Below, one piece after another: positions 27,838 to 37,090 of a stretch of 64,000 nt of DNA. Source of the DNA: Patescibacteria group bacterium (GTDB lineage: Bacteria; Patescibacteriota; Patescibacteriia; UBA9934). The stretch is taken from contig JBAQTB010000003.1 of the NCBI GenBank assembly GCA_049296775.1, forward strand, positions 270,068 through 334,067, read 5' to 3'. How positions within the stretch are numbered: the stretch's first letter is position 1; each line of letters opens with the position of its first letter. A program made the position numbers and the translations under genes. A model generated the notes under the pieces. That model ran no database searches, was not told the origin of the DNA, and worked only from the letters and a program-made list of their open reading frames with translations.

Positions 27838-28122
27838 TTACATCAAGGACTCTTTGGCAGCCTTAGCGACTGAGAACTTCACCACCGTCTTAGCTGGGAT
27901 CTGGATAGTTGCGCCAGTAGCTGGGTTGCGACCCTGACGTGCAGAGCGATGCTTCTTAGCCATCTTACCCAAACCTGGCATCACAAACTCACCAGCGCGC
28001 TTGATCTCCTCGTAAGCGAGCTTAACGAAGTTGTCGTACATCTCACCTGCCTCGCGCTTAGAGACGTTCCAGCGTGAAGAGAGCTCGGCCATGATCTGAG
28101 ACTTAGTCATGCGCTTTGACAT
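27838..28122 (-). CDS. hup: DNA-binding protein HU
   Basis: 94 aa; HU/IHF arm signature RNPATGA.I.IPAK. Confidence 0.85.
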   Translation of the reverse strand: MSKRMTKSQIMAELSSRWNVSKREAGEMYDNFVKLAYEEIKRAGEFVMPGLGKMAKKHRSARQGRNPATGATIQIPAKTVVKFSVAKAAKESLM

Positions 28123-28216
28123 AGCAATTTGCGGTTAAATGAATATTCATTTTTACGGGGAAAATCGTAACACAAGCCTGAAATAGCAACAGGAAGTTAT
28201 GCACATGGTCGAATTT

Positions 28217-28786
28217 TTAAGGTTGCAAAACTTCCTCATCTGGCACACCATCGATCCTAATTACGACCGACTGAATGCTAGAAAATTGCCTTAACGTAGC
28301 CTCAATTTGCGCTCTAGCCGCTGTCACCTTGCATGAGCCCGCTAACCCCGTAGCTAGCTCATTGCTAAAGGTCACCGTAGCCTCACCGTCGGCCACTACC
28401 AAACTTTCTACCCTAGCTCCGGAGGCCAGGTTGGAAATATAGCCCTCGGACTTTTCCACAGCCATGACCCCACTTAAAAGCTGATCCAGAGCCTCCTTGG
28501 CCACGGCTACAGTAGGTGTAATCGCTCGTGTTACCGGGAACACTTGTTCGCAGTTTACAGCGCCTGGATCACGCTGCGTGTTACTGAAAAAGACCTGAAT
28601 TTCACTCACGCTCGGCTCGACTACGGCCGGCTCGTCTGGCTCCCCCACCTCAGGCTCCGGCTCTGGCACCAACGTTTCGTCAGATGGAGTTGGCGCCGTC
28701 ACTACCGACTGATCATGTAAAAAAGTTAAGATTAAAATACCTGCCACGATCACTAACCCGAGTGCGATAAAAATCTTACCTGACAT
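28217..28786 (-). CDS. GerMN domain-containing membrane-anchored protein
   Basis: N-terminal TM helix, Pro/Glu-rich linker, C-terminal GerMN-like fold (VFFSN..CEQVFPVTR). Confidence 0.5.
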   Translation of the reverse strand: MSGKIFIALGLVIVAGILILTFLHDQSVVTAPTPSDETLVPEPEPEVGEPDEPAVVEPSVSEIQVFFSNTQRDPGAVNCEQVFPVTRAITPTVAVAKEALDQLLSGVMAVEKSEGYISNLASGARVESLVVADGEATVTFSNELATGLAGSCKVTAARAQIEATLRQFSSIQSVVIRIDGVPDEEVLQP

Positions 28787-28790
28787 AAGC

Positions 28791-30020
28791 CTAATGATTA
28801 AGCGGCGCCTCCTCTAAAGTTGCCTGCACCGTTTTTGACTCACCGTCGTGTAACAGGTCTAAACTCACAATAGCACCAACCTGGAATTCTTGCAGCCTTA
28901 CGTTCAGAGGATGCTCAGCGTCAACCGGTAGCCCGTTCACTTTAAGAATGATGTCATTTTCCTCTAAGCCTGCTTTATCACCCGGTGACCCAGGCAAAAC
29001 TGCCAACTCCCCAGCACTACCACGCACTAACAAGGCCCCCTCTGCCACGCTTAAATTATTCTCAGCTTGAATAGCTGGCGTCAGCATCAAAAATCTTACG
29101 CCCAGGTAGGCCCGCACCACCCGGCCGTGCTCCCGAATAGAATCCACTGACGCTTTGACAGCATTCGCCGGCAAGGCAAAGCCAATATTCTCAGCCGCCC
29201 CCAATGAAGCAGCAACGTTCACGCCGATCACCCGACCTGATAGATCCAGCAAGGGTCCACCTGAATTCCCTGGATTGATCGCGGCATCAGTCTGAATGAT
29301 GTTGGTTAATTGCTCAGACTGCCCAGAACCATTAGAGGCAGAGATGGAACGCGCTAAGCCAGACACCACACCAACCGACACGGAATTACTAAACTCGCCG
29401 AGGGCATTGCCAATAGCAATCACCGACTGTCCCGCTTTGATAGTCGTGGAATCGCCAAACTCCAAGTACGGCAAAGAGTCAGCGGCAATTTTCAACACGG
29501 CAACGTCTAGCACGGTGTCAGTGGCGACGACCGCAGCTTCGTACTTAGTCCCGTCTGATAGGAACGCGGTGTAGCTGGCCTCCGCATCATCAACTACGTG
29601 AGCATTAGTCACAATGTAACCATCTGCACTCACAAGGAAACCTGACCCACCGCCCACCTCTTTAGACTCCGTACCATTTTGACGATACTGCGGAATTCTA
29701 TACACGCCACCAAACAAACCACCAAACGGATTTTGCTGCTCTTCATAATAACGCTCGATGATCGGCACGTCTTTAGTAATCACAATTGAGACCACAGCCG
29801 GACTAGCCGCCTCTACTACATTCACTACACTGGAATGCTCCCCCGCCGAATCCACCACCGGCACAGCTGTGGTAGACCTCAGCTCCAACCAGTCAGCGAC
29901 CTTAGCTTTACCGTCTGGAGTCTGTAAAAATAGCCAAGCACCGAGTCCAAGCGTAAGATTCACTAATAAGGCGCCTAACATGCCCCACGCAAAAGCTTGT
30001 TGTAGATGTTGCTTATCCAT
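28791..30020 (-). CDS. HtrA/DegP-family serine protease with PDZ domain
   Basis: Catalytic triad context TNAHVV, D, GNSGGPL; C-terminal PDZ; N-terminal TM anchor. Confidence 0.8.
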   Translation of the reverse strand: MDKQHLQQAFAWGMLGALLVNLTLGLGAWLFLQTPDGKAKVADWLELRSTTAVPVVDSAGEHSSVVNVVEAASPAVVSIVITKDVPIIERYYEEQQNPFGGLFGGVYRIPQYRQNGTESKEVGGGSGFLVSADGYIVTNAHVVDDAEASYTAFLSDGTKYEAAVVATDTVLDVAVLKIAADSLPYLEFGDSTTIKAGQSVIAIGNALGEFSNSVSVGVVSGLARSISASNGSGQSEQLTNIIQTDAAINPGNSGGPLLDLSGRVIGVNVAASLGAAENIGFALPANAVKASVDSIREHGRVVRAYLGVRFLMLTPAIQAENNLSVAEGALLVRGSAGELAVLPGSPGDKAGLEENDIILKVNGLPVDAEHPLNVRLQEFQVGAIVSLDLLHDGESKTVQATLEEAPLNH

Positions 30021-30081
30021 ATAGCTGAATTATTCTAAGCTTGAGATCAACTGTCAATTAATCACGTATACTCTGCAACAT

Positions 30082-30990
30082 ATGAAAATTTCGATCATAG
30101 GTCTTGGCGAGATTGGATCAGCTCTGATGCACGTCTTAAGCTCTCAAAATAACGTCGTGGTTACAGGCTGGGATAAAAATGCCTCCAAACGCCCTGAACA
30201 GTTAACCCTAGAGAAGAGTCTAGTTGAGGCTGACTTGATCTTTGTCTGTGTACCCTCCTGGAATCTGCGCGGCGCTCTCATGAGTATAGTGCCGCACATT
30301 CAGCCCACAGTGGGCATCATAGCGCTCGCCAAGGGCATCGAGAAAGAAAGCCACAAGTTCGTTGATCAATTACTCGAAGAACAGCTACCTAAGTATCACA
30401 TTGGTGTGCTGGGTGGGCCGATGCTAGCCGAGGAGATGCTGGCGAATAAAATTACGAGTGGGGTCATAGCAAGCCGCTCCAGTGATCTACGTTCACAAGT
30501 GAAGACTGCCTTTCAGGGCAGCACTTTGCGCATCTTCAAGAGCACCGACATCCGTGGCACAGCTTTATGCGGAGTGCTTAAAAATACTTACACGCTGGGC
30601 ATTGGTATAGCTGAAGGACTAGGACTAGGCGAAAATGCCAAAGGCGCTTTGTTCTCCCAAGCCTTAAGAGAGATGCAGATGATCGCCAAACAGTGCGGCG
30701 GCAAACAGGACACCATTTTAGGCTTGGCGGGAGCGGGAGATTTTTTCGCCACTTGCCAAAGTCCACACTCGCGTAACCGCATGATCGGCATCACCTTGGC
30801 CACGGGCGCCGATGGGCACCTAGAAAGTGAAGGCTTCATGAGTCTGACGTGCCTCAGGGGCCTGTTAGACATCACGAATAAAAACTTACCCTTACTCGAC
30901 TGTCTCATTAAGATCGGCCATGAACGAGCTAATCCGCGTCTTTTGGAACAAGTCATGTTCGACCAAGCTAAACCCCTCCTCATGGCTTAA
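30082..30990 (+). CDS. gpsA: NAD(P)H-dependent glycerol-3-phosphate dehydrogenase
   Basis: N-terminal Rossmann GLGEIGSAL; C-terminal GpsA signature GVLKN..TLGIGIAEGLGLGENAKGAL and GLAGAGDFFATCQSPHSRN. Confidence 0.75.
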   Translation: MKISIIGLGEIGSALMHVLSSQNNVVVTGWDKNASKRPEQLTLEKSLVEADLIFVCVPSWNLRGALMSIVPHIQPTVGIIALAKGIEKESHKFVDQLLEEQLPKYHIGVLGGPMLAEEMLANKITSGVIASRSSDLRSQVKTAFQGSTLRIFKSTDIRGTALCGVLKNTYTLGIGIAEGLGLGENAKGALFSQALREMQMIAKQCGGKQDTILGLAGAGDFFATCQSPHSRNRMIGITLATGADGHLESEGFMSLTCLRGLLDITNKNLPLLDCLIKIGHERANPRLLEQVMFDQAKPLLMA

Positions 30991-31062
30991 TACGCAACCA
31001 CCGGCTTGCAACTTTCAAGTCATTAAGTCTAAGATAGAGCAAATCTTAATCTGTATAAATCT

Positions 31063-31806
31063 ATGTGGGTCTTTCCGGTCATAGTCATCGCTGTCCTCTT
31101 CCTCGGCTGTCTGCGTCAGGTTAACCAGTACGAGCGCGGCATCAAGTTCACCATGGGACGCTACACTGGCATGGTAGACCCAGGTTGGCGCTTGATTATC
31201 CCGGTCTTCCAGTTCATGAAGAAGGTCGACCTCCGTACCAAGGCGGTCGAGGTGCCAGCCCAGGATGCAATTACCAAAGATAACGTCTCAGCTAAAATCA
31301 CAGCCGTGATTTACTACAAGATTTCTGATGCCTCTAAGTCGATTTTGGAAGTTGAAAATGTCAGCTACGCTGTCTTGCAGCTAGCTCAGACCACCATGCG
31401 TAACGTGGTTGGTGAGGTTACGCTCGATGAGCTTTTGACCATGCGTCAAACACTCTCAGAGAAGATCGAAAAGATTGTGGAAGAAAATACTTTGTCTTGG
31501 GGAGTTGAGGTGTCTACCGTAGAACTAAAAGACATTAACCTGCCGCCAGACATGGTCCGAACTATTGCCAAACAAGCTGAGGCTGAACGTGAACGCCGCG
31601 CGGTCATCATCAACTCTGAAGGTGAAGTGGCCGCTGCCGAAAACCTCATGAAAGCCGCTAAGATGTTGGGAGAGACTCCAGGCGCCCTGCACTTACGTAC
31701 TCTAAACGCTATTAACGATATCAGCTCAGACGCTTCCAACACCGTCGTCTTCACAGTGCCGCTAGAAATTCTTTCAGCCATGGCTGGTCATAAGAAAACT
31801 AGCTAA
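31063..31806 (+). CDS. SPFH/band-7 (stomatin/prohibitin-like) membrane protein
   Basis: N-terminal TM helix then SPFH domain (NQYERGIKFTMGRY...); C-terminal coiled coil. Confidence 0.75.
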   Translation: MWVFPVIVIAVLFLGCLRQVNQYERGIKFTMGRYTGMVDPGWRLIIPVFQFMKKVDLRTKAVEVPAQDAITKDNVSAKITAVIYYKISDASKSILEVENVSYAVLQLAQTTMRNVVGEVTLDELLTMRQTLSEKIEKIVEENTLSWGVEVSTVELKDINLPPDMVRTIAKQAEAERERRAVIINSEGEVAAAENLMKAAKMLGETPGALHLRTLNAINDISSDASNTVVFTVPLEILSAMAGHKKTS

Positions 31807-31839
31807 ACAGAAAATCCCTCACCAAGCGTGAGGGATTTT

Positions 31840-32358
31840 TTAATCCGTATCAATATCATGGATGACACGTCGACTGAGTTTATCTACATCTAGTTCATCC
31901 AGAGCACCAATTTTGTCTACGTGAGTAACCTTGAGGTGGTGCATGATAGTATCAAGCGTCCGCATCATCTCAGCAATCTGACGCTCACTAGCAACGTTAA
32001 CCTCGAAATCGATCTCTTCCCGAGTTTCTGCAATTTTGTTAGAACGATTTTGGCTAATCAACACCACTACCGACAAGACGATCGCCTCCAAAGACACGAT
32101 CATGGTCAACATCCCAAACGGGTACGGATCAAAAATACTCAGCTCCGGATGAGCGCCTAGGTTCCAGGCCACCCAACCCACAAAAAAAGTTACGTTCAAG
32201 CCTAAAAAAGCTAGACTCCCAAAGAAACCCGACAGCTTATCTGCAAACTTTTCAATCCAAGTCTTTTGTCGACCAAACCTAAACTTAGTCGGTGTATTCA
32301 CCGATCTCGTCGTCGCTTTCACGACCCTCTTAACTTGCCGAGTCTTCCTCCTAGGCAT
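31840..32358 (-). CDS. DUF1003 family membrane protein
   Basis: FGS.AF...N..FF..W...N......FDPYPF..L....SLEAI.LS..VL.SQNR signature; start set at MPRRKTRQ (32358) rather than the ORF-track 32424. Confidence 0.6.
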   Translation of the reverse strand: MPRRKTRQVKRVVKATTRSVNTPTKFRFGRQKTWIEKFADKLSGFFGSLAFLGLNVTFFVGWVAWNLGAHPELSIFDPYPFGMLTMIVSLEAIVLSVVVLISQNRSNKIAETREEIDFEVNVASERQIAEMMRTLDTIMHHLKVTHVDKIGALDELDVDKLSRRVIHDIDTD

Positions 32359-32470
32359 AATTAGGCAGAGTATAACATGCGATGAAGAGCAAAGACGCTG
32401 CGTCGACCATATAGCGATTACCATCCTGAGGTGAATACCGAAGGACTGTGCCGACCTTCAGAAACAACAC

Positions 32471-32496
32471 GACCGGAGCTCAGAAGAGCTCCGGTC
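32471..32496. terminator. Perfect 11-bp hairpin between convergent genes
   Basis: GACCGGAGCTC-AGAA-GAGCTCCGGTC. Confidence 0.5.
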
Positions 32497-32516
32497 AAGA
32501 AAATATTGAACTATTT

Positions 32517-33065
32517 TCAGCGTGCAAACATCTCGTAAGCACGTCGGATGTAGTCGAGCTGGTATGGGTATGCCAGTGGCTCTGGTAGCTCGTCAAGGTC
32601 GAACAGGCCAACCGCGAGAGTCTCGTCCATGTCCGGTTCAGCGTACGGACGTGGTAACTCCGTTAGGCTAGCGGCCCAGAAGATGAGGTGGGACATTTCA
32701 TCCGTACCTGGACGCTCCCCAATGTACTTCAGCGACAAATCGAGATCATCTGGCGAGCAACGGAAAACCTCTTCCGCAAGCTCTCGCACAGCGGTCCTAT
32801 GGCTGTCCTCTCCCCACTCGGTGAAGCCTGAAGGCACTCCCCAGTGACCACGTTTGGGGTCACGGCCGCGCTGGGTCATGAGAACCATACGCTCGATCAT
32901 CACGATACCGACAGCCACCAGTTGCGGTGAAACAAAGATCAGATGGCCACCGGCACACTTATACGGGTGCCTCGGCCGATGGCGTTCCAACACCTCCGCG
33001 CCACAGCGGGCACAGAAGTTCGGAATGCGATCACGAGGAAAGGGCGGCAAAGCTGAATCAAACAT
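32517..33065 (-). CDS. NUDIX hydrolase with N-terminal zinc ribbon (NudC-like architecture)
   Basis: CxxC..CxxGH ribbon; Nudix box GHWGVPSGFTEWGEDSHRTAVRELAEEV. Confidence 0.7.
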   Translation of the reverse strand: MFDSALPPFPRDRIPNFCARCGAEVLERHRPRHPYKCAGGHLIFVSPQLVAVGIVMIERMVLMTQRGRDPKRGHWGVPSGFTEWGEDSHRTAVRELAEEVFRCSPDDLDLSLKYIGERPGTDEMSHLIFWAASLTELPRPYAEPDMDETLAVGLFDLDELPEPLAYPYQLDYIRRAYEMFAR

Positions 33066-33182
33066 TGACCCTCCAAGGTTGCGATCGTATGTTTACATGA
33101 ACCAGATCGAACTATCAAGCCCCCAGCCTAACTTTACGAACAGATCTTTTTCCGCTATACTGCCGTCGATCCGTAAAGCAAA

Positions 33183-33306
33183 GGAAACCTACTAAGTTTG
33201 TCGGATACGAGGCGCGGGGTAAATTTTTCTGAAGCGTATGTGACCATACGGAGAGGAAAAATTGGGGCCCCGCAACAAAGTAGCCGGCAAACTTGGGTAG
33301 GTTTCC
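33183..33306 (+). ncRNA. Candidate ~125-nt rod-like structured RNA immediately upstream of tRNA-Trp (identity unknown)
   Basis: Terminal 18-bp helix GGAAACCTACTAAGTTTG / CAAACTTGGGTAGGTTTCC encloses nested helices (GCGGGG/CCCCGC, AUUUUUC/GAAAAAU) and an apical CGTATG-TGAC-CATACG hairpin; no ORF. Confidence 0.3.
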
Positions 33307-33313
33307 TACATGA

Positions 33314-33388
33314 AGGGGAATAGTGAAATGGCTATCACAAAGGTCTCCAAAACCTTTATTCAGGGTTCGAATCCCTGTTCCCCTGCCA
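33314..33388 (+). tRNA. tRNA-Trp (anticodon CCA)
   Basis: Hand-folded: acceptor AGGGGAA/TTCCCCT, D-stem GTGA/TCAC, anticodon stem AAGGT/ACCTT with loop CTCCAAA, T-arm CAGGG-TTCGAAT-CCCTG, discriminator G, encoded CCA. Confidence 0.85.
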
Positions 33389-33440
33389 GGCAACTGCCGC
33401 GGTGTCTAGATTTTCACCCGACACCGCGGCAACTGCCTGG
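33386..33440 (+). terminator. Perfect 21-bp hairpin starting in the CCA of tRNA-Trp
   Basis: CCAGGCAACTGCCGCGGTGTC-(13 nt loop)-GACACCGCGGCAACTGCCTGG. Confidence 0.55.
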
Positions 33441-33475
33441 CATGCCACCAACCTTTGCGGTAAAATGAGACAGAT

Positions 33476-33775
33476 ATGTTTCCTGTCTCATTTTATGTTT
33501 ACGTCTGCGTAAGTCTAAAAGATAATAGGCTTTATACGGGCTCGACAAATAACCTCGAGAAAAGATTAGCCGAACATGCTAATGGACTGGTCACATCGAC
33601 CAAGCCGCGCTTGCCTTTGAAGCTCATTTATTATGAAACGTACTCGAACGAGACAGATGCAAGAATGAGAGAGAAGTATTTGAAGGGCGGAGGAAGGGCA
33701 AGAAGGAATTTTCGCTTGCAGCTATCTGAGACTTTGAAGGATTTCGATATAGCCAAGGAACGGAACAAAATATGA
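33476..33775 (+). CDS. Stand-alone GIY-YIG nuclease family protein (COG2827-like)
   Basis: YVYVCVSLKDNRLYTGSTNNLEKRLAEH is the canonical small GIY-YIG signature; 99 aa; AT-rich. Confidence 0.75.
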   Translation: MFPVSFYVYVCVSLKDNRLYTGSTNNLEKRLAEHANGLVTSTKPRLPLKLIYYETYSNETDARMREKYLKGGGRARRNFRLQLSETLKDFDIAKERNKI

Positions 33776-34272
33776 AAAAGACATTGATCATTGCAACGTT
33801 GGTGATATTCGCACTATTTGTTATTACTATTTTCTCTCCGCTGTTATACGGAAAGCGAAGTCTTACCGAAAAAGAACTCACAATTTTGCAACCGGTCTAC
33901 GAATCAAGTGTCGATTTCGACAAAGTTAAGATTAAATCCGGCGGACCGCTAACGTTTGTCTACCCGGGCGTCACCATCGGCAACACCGTTTCTTTTCCAA
34001 AAGACGCTTACAATGAGAATGATCAAAAAGATCAAGCACTCCTCGTCCACGAGCTTTGTCATGTTTGGCAATATCAACATTTTGGCCTGGGCTATATTCC
34101 TCGTTCACTTTGGGAGCTCATCACCCAACGTGATACGTACGTCATCCATTATGATGCCAAAAAATCTTTTCGAGAGTACGATATCGAAGAACAATGCGAG
34201 ATCGTAGCTGAGTATTTTCTAACAGAAGATATTCGATACGCTTCGTACATCGAAGAGCTACGAGCACAATAA
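33772..34272 (+). CDS. Membrane-anchored putative zinc metallopeptidase (HExxH)
   Basis: N-terminal TM helix; LLVHELCHVWQYQHFG zincin-like motif; ATGA overlap with the GIY-YIG gene. Confidence 0.5.
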   Translation: MKKTLIIATLVIFALFVITIFSPLLYGKRSLTEKELTILQPVYESSVDFDKVKIKSGGPLTFVYPGVTIGNTVSFPKDAYNENDQKDQALLVHELCHVWQYQHFGLGYIPRSLWELITQRDTYVIHYDAKKSFREYDIEEQCEIVAEYFLTEDIRYASYIEELRAQ

Positions 34273-34380
34273 GGTTCTAATGCAGCTCATCAGCCGCTGC
34301 CAAACTCCGACCAGCATAATTGCTGGCCGGAGTTTGTTTGGAAAAACGAGAATTGAGAAATTTATAATTTATATATAAAA

Positions 34381-34421
34381 AAGGCCCCGCGCCGTCCCAG
34401 TCGTTTGGGATAGCGTGGGGC
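34381..34421 (-). terminator. Terminator hairpin for the 34427 gene
   Basis: GGCCCCGCG...CGTGGGGCC stem followed on the minus strand by a T/A-rich run. Confidence 0.45.
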
Positions 34422-34426
34422 CAAGT

Positions 34427-35308
34427 CTAGTTGTCCAGCGGGTGATTACGCAGGTGTTCGTCGATGAGTACCTGGATCGCCTCTCGATCCTCTGATGGGA
34501 TCTGCTCGAAGTCAGGCGCTTCGGACGCCCGCATGTAGAAGGCGATAGCTTCATCTCTTCTATTGAGCAAATCGAGGCAGCGACCCGTCTGGACGAAATG
34601 GAAAGCCTTCACAGGTTCCATCTCGCAGCTAGTCATGAAATGCCCGACGGCAGCCTCGGCGTTCCGACGGAACCGGATCAGATACGACGCGTAGTCGTGT
34701 TGAGCAATACTACACTCGGGACTCTCACCCAAGAGCCGCTTGTACAGTTCGTCGGCCCGCTCCAGATCGTTACGAAGAGCCGCGATCATGGCAGAGCGAG
34801 AGAGCTCAGTTCGACCGGCGCCTGGATCGAGAGGGGCACCATCGATCATCGCTACCTGCCCTTCGACGTACTCCTGAAGAGTGTTCACGATCTCGTCAAG
34901 ATACCCAGAGGCGATGCGCTGTGCGAAGCACTCTGCGCCCCGTCCGTACACCGTGTAGATCTTCGTCACGGTCTCGATGAGTGCCCGAAGGCTAGCGAGT
35001 CGCGCACCGTGTGGTGGCTTTGGGAGACTGTCTTGTGGACAGTACTCAAATCGCAGTGTGAACACTTGCTCACGAAGAGCTTGGTACACCTTGTCCTCAG
35101 GAATTCCGAACCCGAGTCCACCGCATCCACTACAGACAGGAATACCGTACGAGGTATCCGAATCTACATCCCTGAACATGCCCGTCCCGATATTGAGACA
35201 AGAGTCTCCGCAGCACCATTCGCAACGTACAACTCCGTCGTTTTCAATGTTCTGAGTCAAAACTACCTCCTGCATCATGACGTTAAGCTCGTTTTTTAAA
35301 ACGAACAT
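34427..35308 (-). CDS. Hypothetical protein with N-terminal Cys-rich zinc-ribbon-like region and helical repeat C-terminus
   Basis: CEWCCGDSC...CSGCGG cluster; preferred over antisense ORF 34598..35299 because of the downstream terminator and upstream promoter. Confidence 0.5.
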   Translation of the reverse strand: MFVLKNELNVMMQEVVLTQNIENDGVVRCEWCCGDSCLNIGTGMFRDVDSDTSYGIPVCSGCGGLGFGIPEDKVYQALREQVFTLRFEYCPQDSLPKPPHGARLASLRALIETVTKIYTVYGRGAECFAQRIASGYLDEIVNTLQEYVEGQVAMIDGAPLDPGAGRTELSRSAMIAALRNDLERADELYKRLLGESPECSIAQHDYASYLIRFRRNAEAAVGHFMTSCEMEPVKAFHFVQTGRCLDLLNRRDEAIAFYMRASEAPDFEQIPSEDREAIQVLIDEHLRNHPLDN

Positions 35309-35311
35309 GAC

Positions 35312-35340
35312 AATATAATATATTTACTCCAAAATGTCAA
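35312..35340 (-). promoter_or_regulatory. Sigma70-like promoter (TTGACA-17-TATATT) ending 3 nt before the ATG; possibly leaderless transcript
   Basis: Minus-strand read: TTGACATTTTGGAGTAAATATATTATATTgtcATG. Confidence 0.35.
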
Positions 35341-35424
35341 TGTTTTGCAGTATCGCTATAATGAGAGTGAAACACGCTTGCATATATCAAGGTTCCAAGT
35401 ACTTCTACCATTCCCTGTCACTAG

Positions 35425-35453
35425 AACATCAGCCAAAACGGCTGGCGTTTTTG
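35425..35453 (+). repeat. Member of conserved hairpin family (AACATCAGCC-AAAAC-GGCTGGCGTTTTT)
   Basis: Shares the GGCTGG(T/C)GTTTT arm with at least seven other intergenic hairpins. Confidence 0.5.
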
Positions 35454-35485
35454 GTTGGTACATGCCTATACTCAAGATAATTTTT

Positions 35486-36118
35486 ATGAAAATAAGAACA
35501 GCCTTCGTAATCACCTTTATTACTGTCATTATTATATACGCAGCCGTTTGGATTCCCTGGCTCGTGCTTCGCGAAACCAGCGACATAACAAGCTCGCTTG
35601 AAGATCTTGAAAAACACGATGTCGCTGTCATCTTCGGCGGCTTACACGAAAGTGGCAAAGATCTTACCGAGACTAACCGGGAACGGCTCTTGGCAGGCGC
35701 GGCTCTGATTAAAGAAGAAAAAGTTACTAGCCTGATTGTTTCAAATACTTCTGAAGCAACTAAGGCTATGAAGACCTTTCTCCTCGAACAAGGGATTTCT
35801 GAAAACCAAATCGAACTCGACACCACCGCCGTAGTCACGGCAGATAGCTGCGTCGCCGAAAGGAATGCTCATCCCGAAGGCAGATCTGTCATTTTTGTTT
35901 CACATGGATATCATCTGCCCCGGATCCTTTATTCATGTCATCGCCTAAGTGTGTCCGGAGTCGGCGTACCGGCAGAAGAAATTGCGACTATCCAACGACA
36001 AGAATTGTCGCAGTTCGATACCCTGCGAATACGTTTTGGAAGGAATCAACGTGAAGCTCTCCTTACTCTATTGAACATTTTGGGCATATACGGTCCAACA
36101 CTGGAAAAAGAGTTCTAA
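35486..36118 (+). CDS. DUF218 (SanA/YdcF-like) membrane-anchored protein
   Basis: N-terminal TM helix; DVAVIFGG...RL..A..L profile of DUF218; start at ATG 35486 because the ORF-track extension contains the hairpin. Confidence 0.55.
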   Translation: MKIRTAFVITFITVIIIYAAVWIPWLVLRETSDITSSLEDLEKHDVAVIFGGLHESGKDLTETNRERLLAGAALIKEEKVTSLIVSNTSEATKAMKTFLLEQGISENQIELDTTAVVTADSCVAERNAHPEGRSVIFVSHGYHLPRILYSCHRLSVSGVGVPAEEIATIQRQELSQFDTLRIRFGRNQREALLTLLNILGIYGPTLEKEF

Positions 36119-36464
36119 CTCCGTCCGCTAGCCCATGCCAAAAATACTTCGCTTATTTTAGCGGAGTATTTTCATAGGACAAACGCGAGTTAGAACTTTT
36201 TGAAATATTACCTAAAAAAGAATGTCCGGGGTGCAAGATAGCAACCCCGGACAACGCGCTCGTTAACAACTTGTTAGACGAGCGGAAACGGCGGTCCCGC
36301 ACAGCGTTCCCATCCGCCCCCTGTCACTACCATAACCTAATAATAATGTCAATATATCATGCGAGCACTTTTCTAAGCGCCTCTACCATGCCCTGCCAAA
36401 AACCCATCAACTGTAGGTTGGCGATTTTCTGATACACTACGATCAATATAATTTTACAAACTTT

Positions 36465-37043
36465 ATGAAGACCTCCGCAACACCCTTCAGATCGGGCGCG
36501 ACTCAATCAGTGCAGAAGATAATAATTTTAATGAGCGCATTTTGCTTAGGATTAATTGTTCCTTTGATAGCCATGTATTTTGGAATGTCCTTGACCCCCT
36601 CGGCGACGGATGCGTTCGTTTCACCAGAAGGCGCCCGTGTAGAGCTCGTCAAGAAAAATAACAAAGATTGGTTTGGTGACGCATATTATTTCTACCAAGA
36701 TTCTGAGAGAGAAAATCAGTTACTCATAGCCCCTTCGTTGACTATGGAAAACCAGGGAGTGACAAATTCTTTCGATTCCGTTTTCTATACCGATGCGATC
36801 TTATCCCCGGATGGTCGCTGGGTGGCACTGCCCGCAACCTGCTGGGAGGAAACGTGTTTACGGATTTATGATGTAAAACGTCAATCACTTCACTGGGCTG
36901 ATCGCGCAGCCATGAACGTATCCTGGTCAACGGATGGCCGTCTGCACGCTGAGGGTGATTGTGCCGCTCCGAAGGTAACCGCATGCGGACCATTTGAATC
37001 AACCTCGGCTAATGAACCTTGGAGGATGCAGTCTGTTAAATAG
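36465..37043 (+). CDS. Hypothetical secreted/membrane-anchored protein
   Basis: 192 aa with N-terminal hydrophobic anchor; no domain recognised. Confidence 0.45.
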   Translation: MKTSATPFRSGATQSVQKIIILMSAFCLGLIVPLIAMYFGMSLTPSATDAFVSPEGARVELVKKNNKDWFGDAYYFYQDSERENQLLIAPSLTMENQGVTNSFDSVFYTDAILSPDGRWVALPATCWEETCLRIYDVKRQSLHWADRAAMNVSWSTDGRLHAEGDCAAPKVTACGPFESTSANEPWRMQSVK

Positions 37044-37090
37044 ATGCTCTAAATAGTCGAGTTCTAACCTCGCTCACTAGCCCCTGCCAG

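Noticed and set aside
28137-28152. 16-nt perfect palindrome AAATGAATATTCATTT upstream of hup
   Set aside because: It is AT-only and short, lies in a promoter region and is most simply a -10-like AT-rich element. I did not elevate it to a finding.
30588-30983. 131-aa ORF antisense to gpsA
   Set aside because: It is fully contained in a well-supported gpsA gene on the other strand.
34598-35299. 233-aa plus-strand ORF antisense to 34427..35308
   Set aside because: The minus-strand gene is supported by a downstream terminator (34381-34421) and an upstream TTGACA/TATATT promoter, and has a Cys-rich, protein-like sequence. The plus-strand translation is Arg/Ser-rich and low-complexity.
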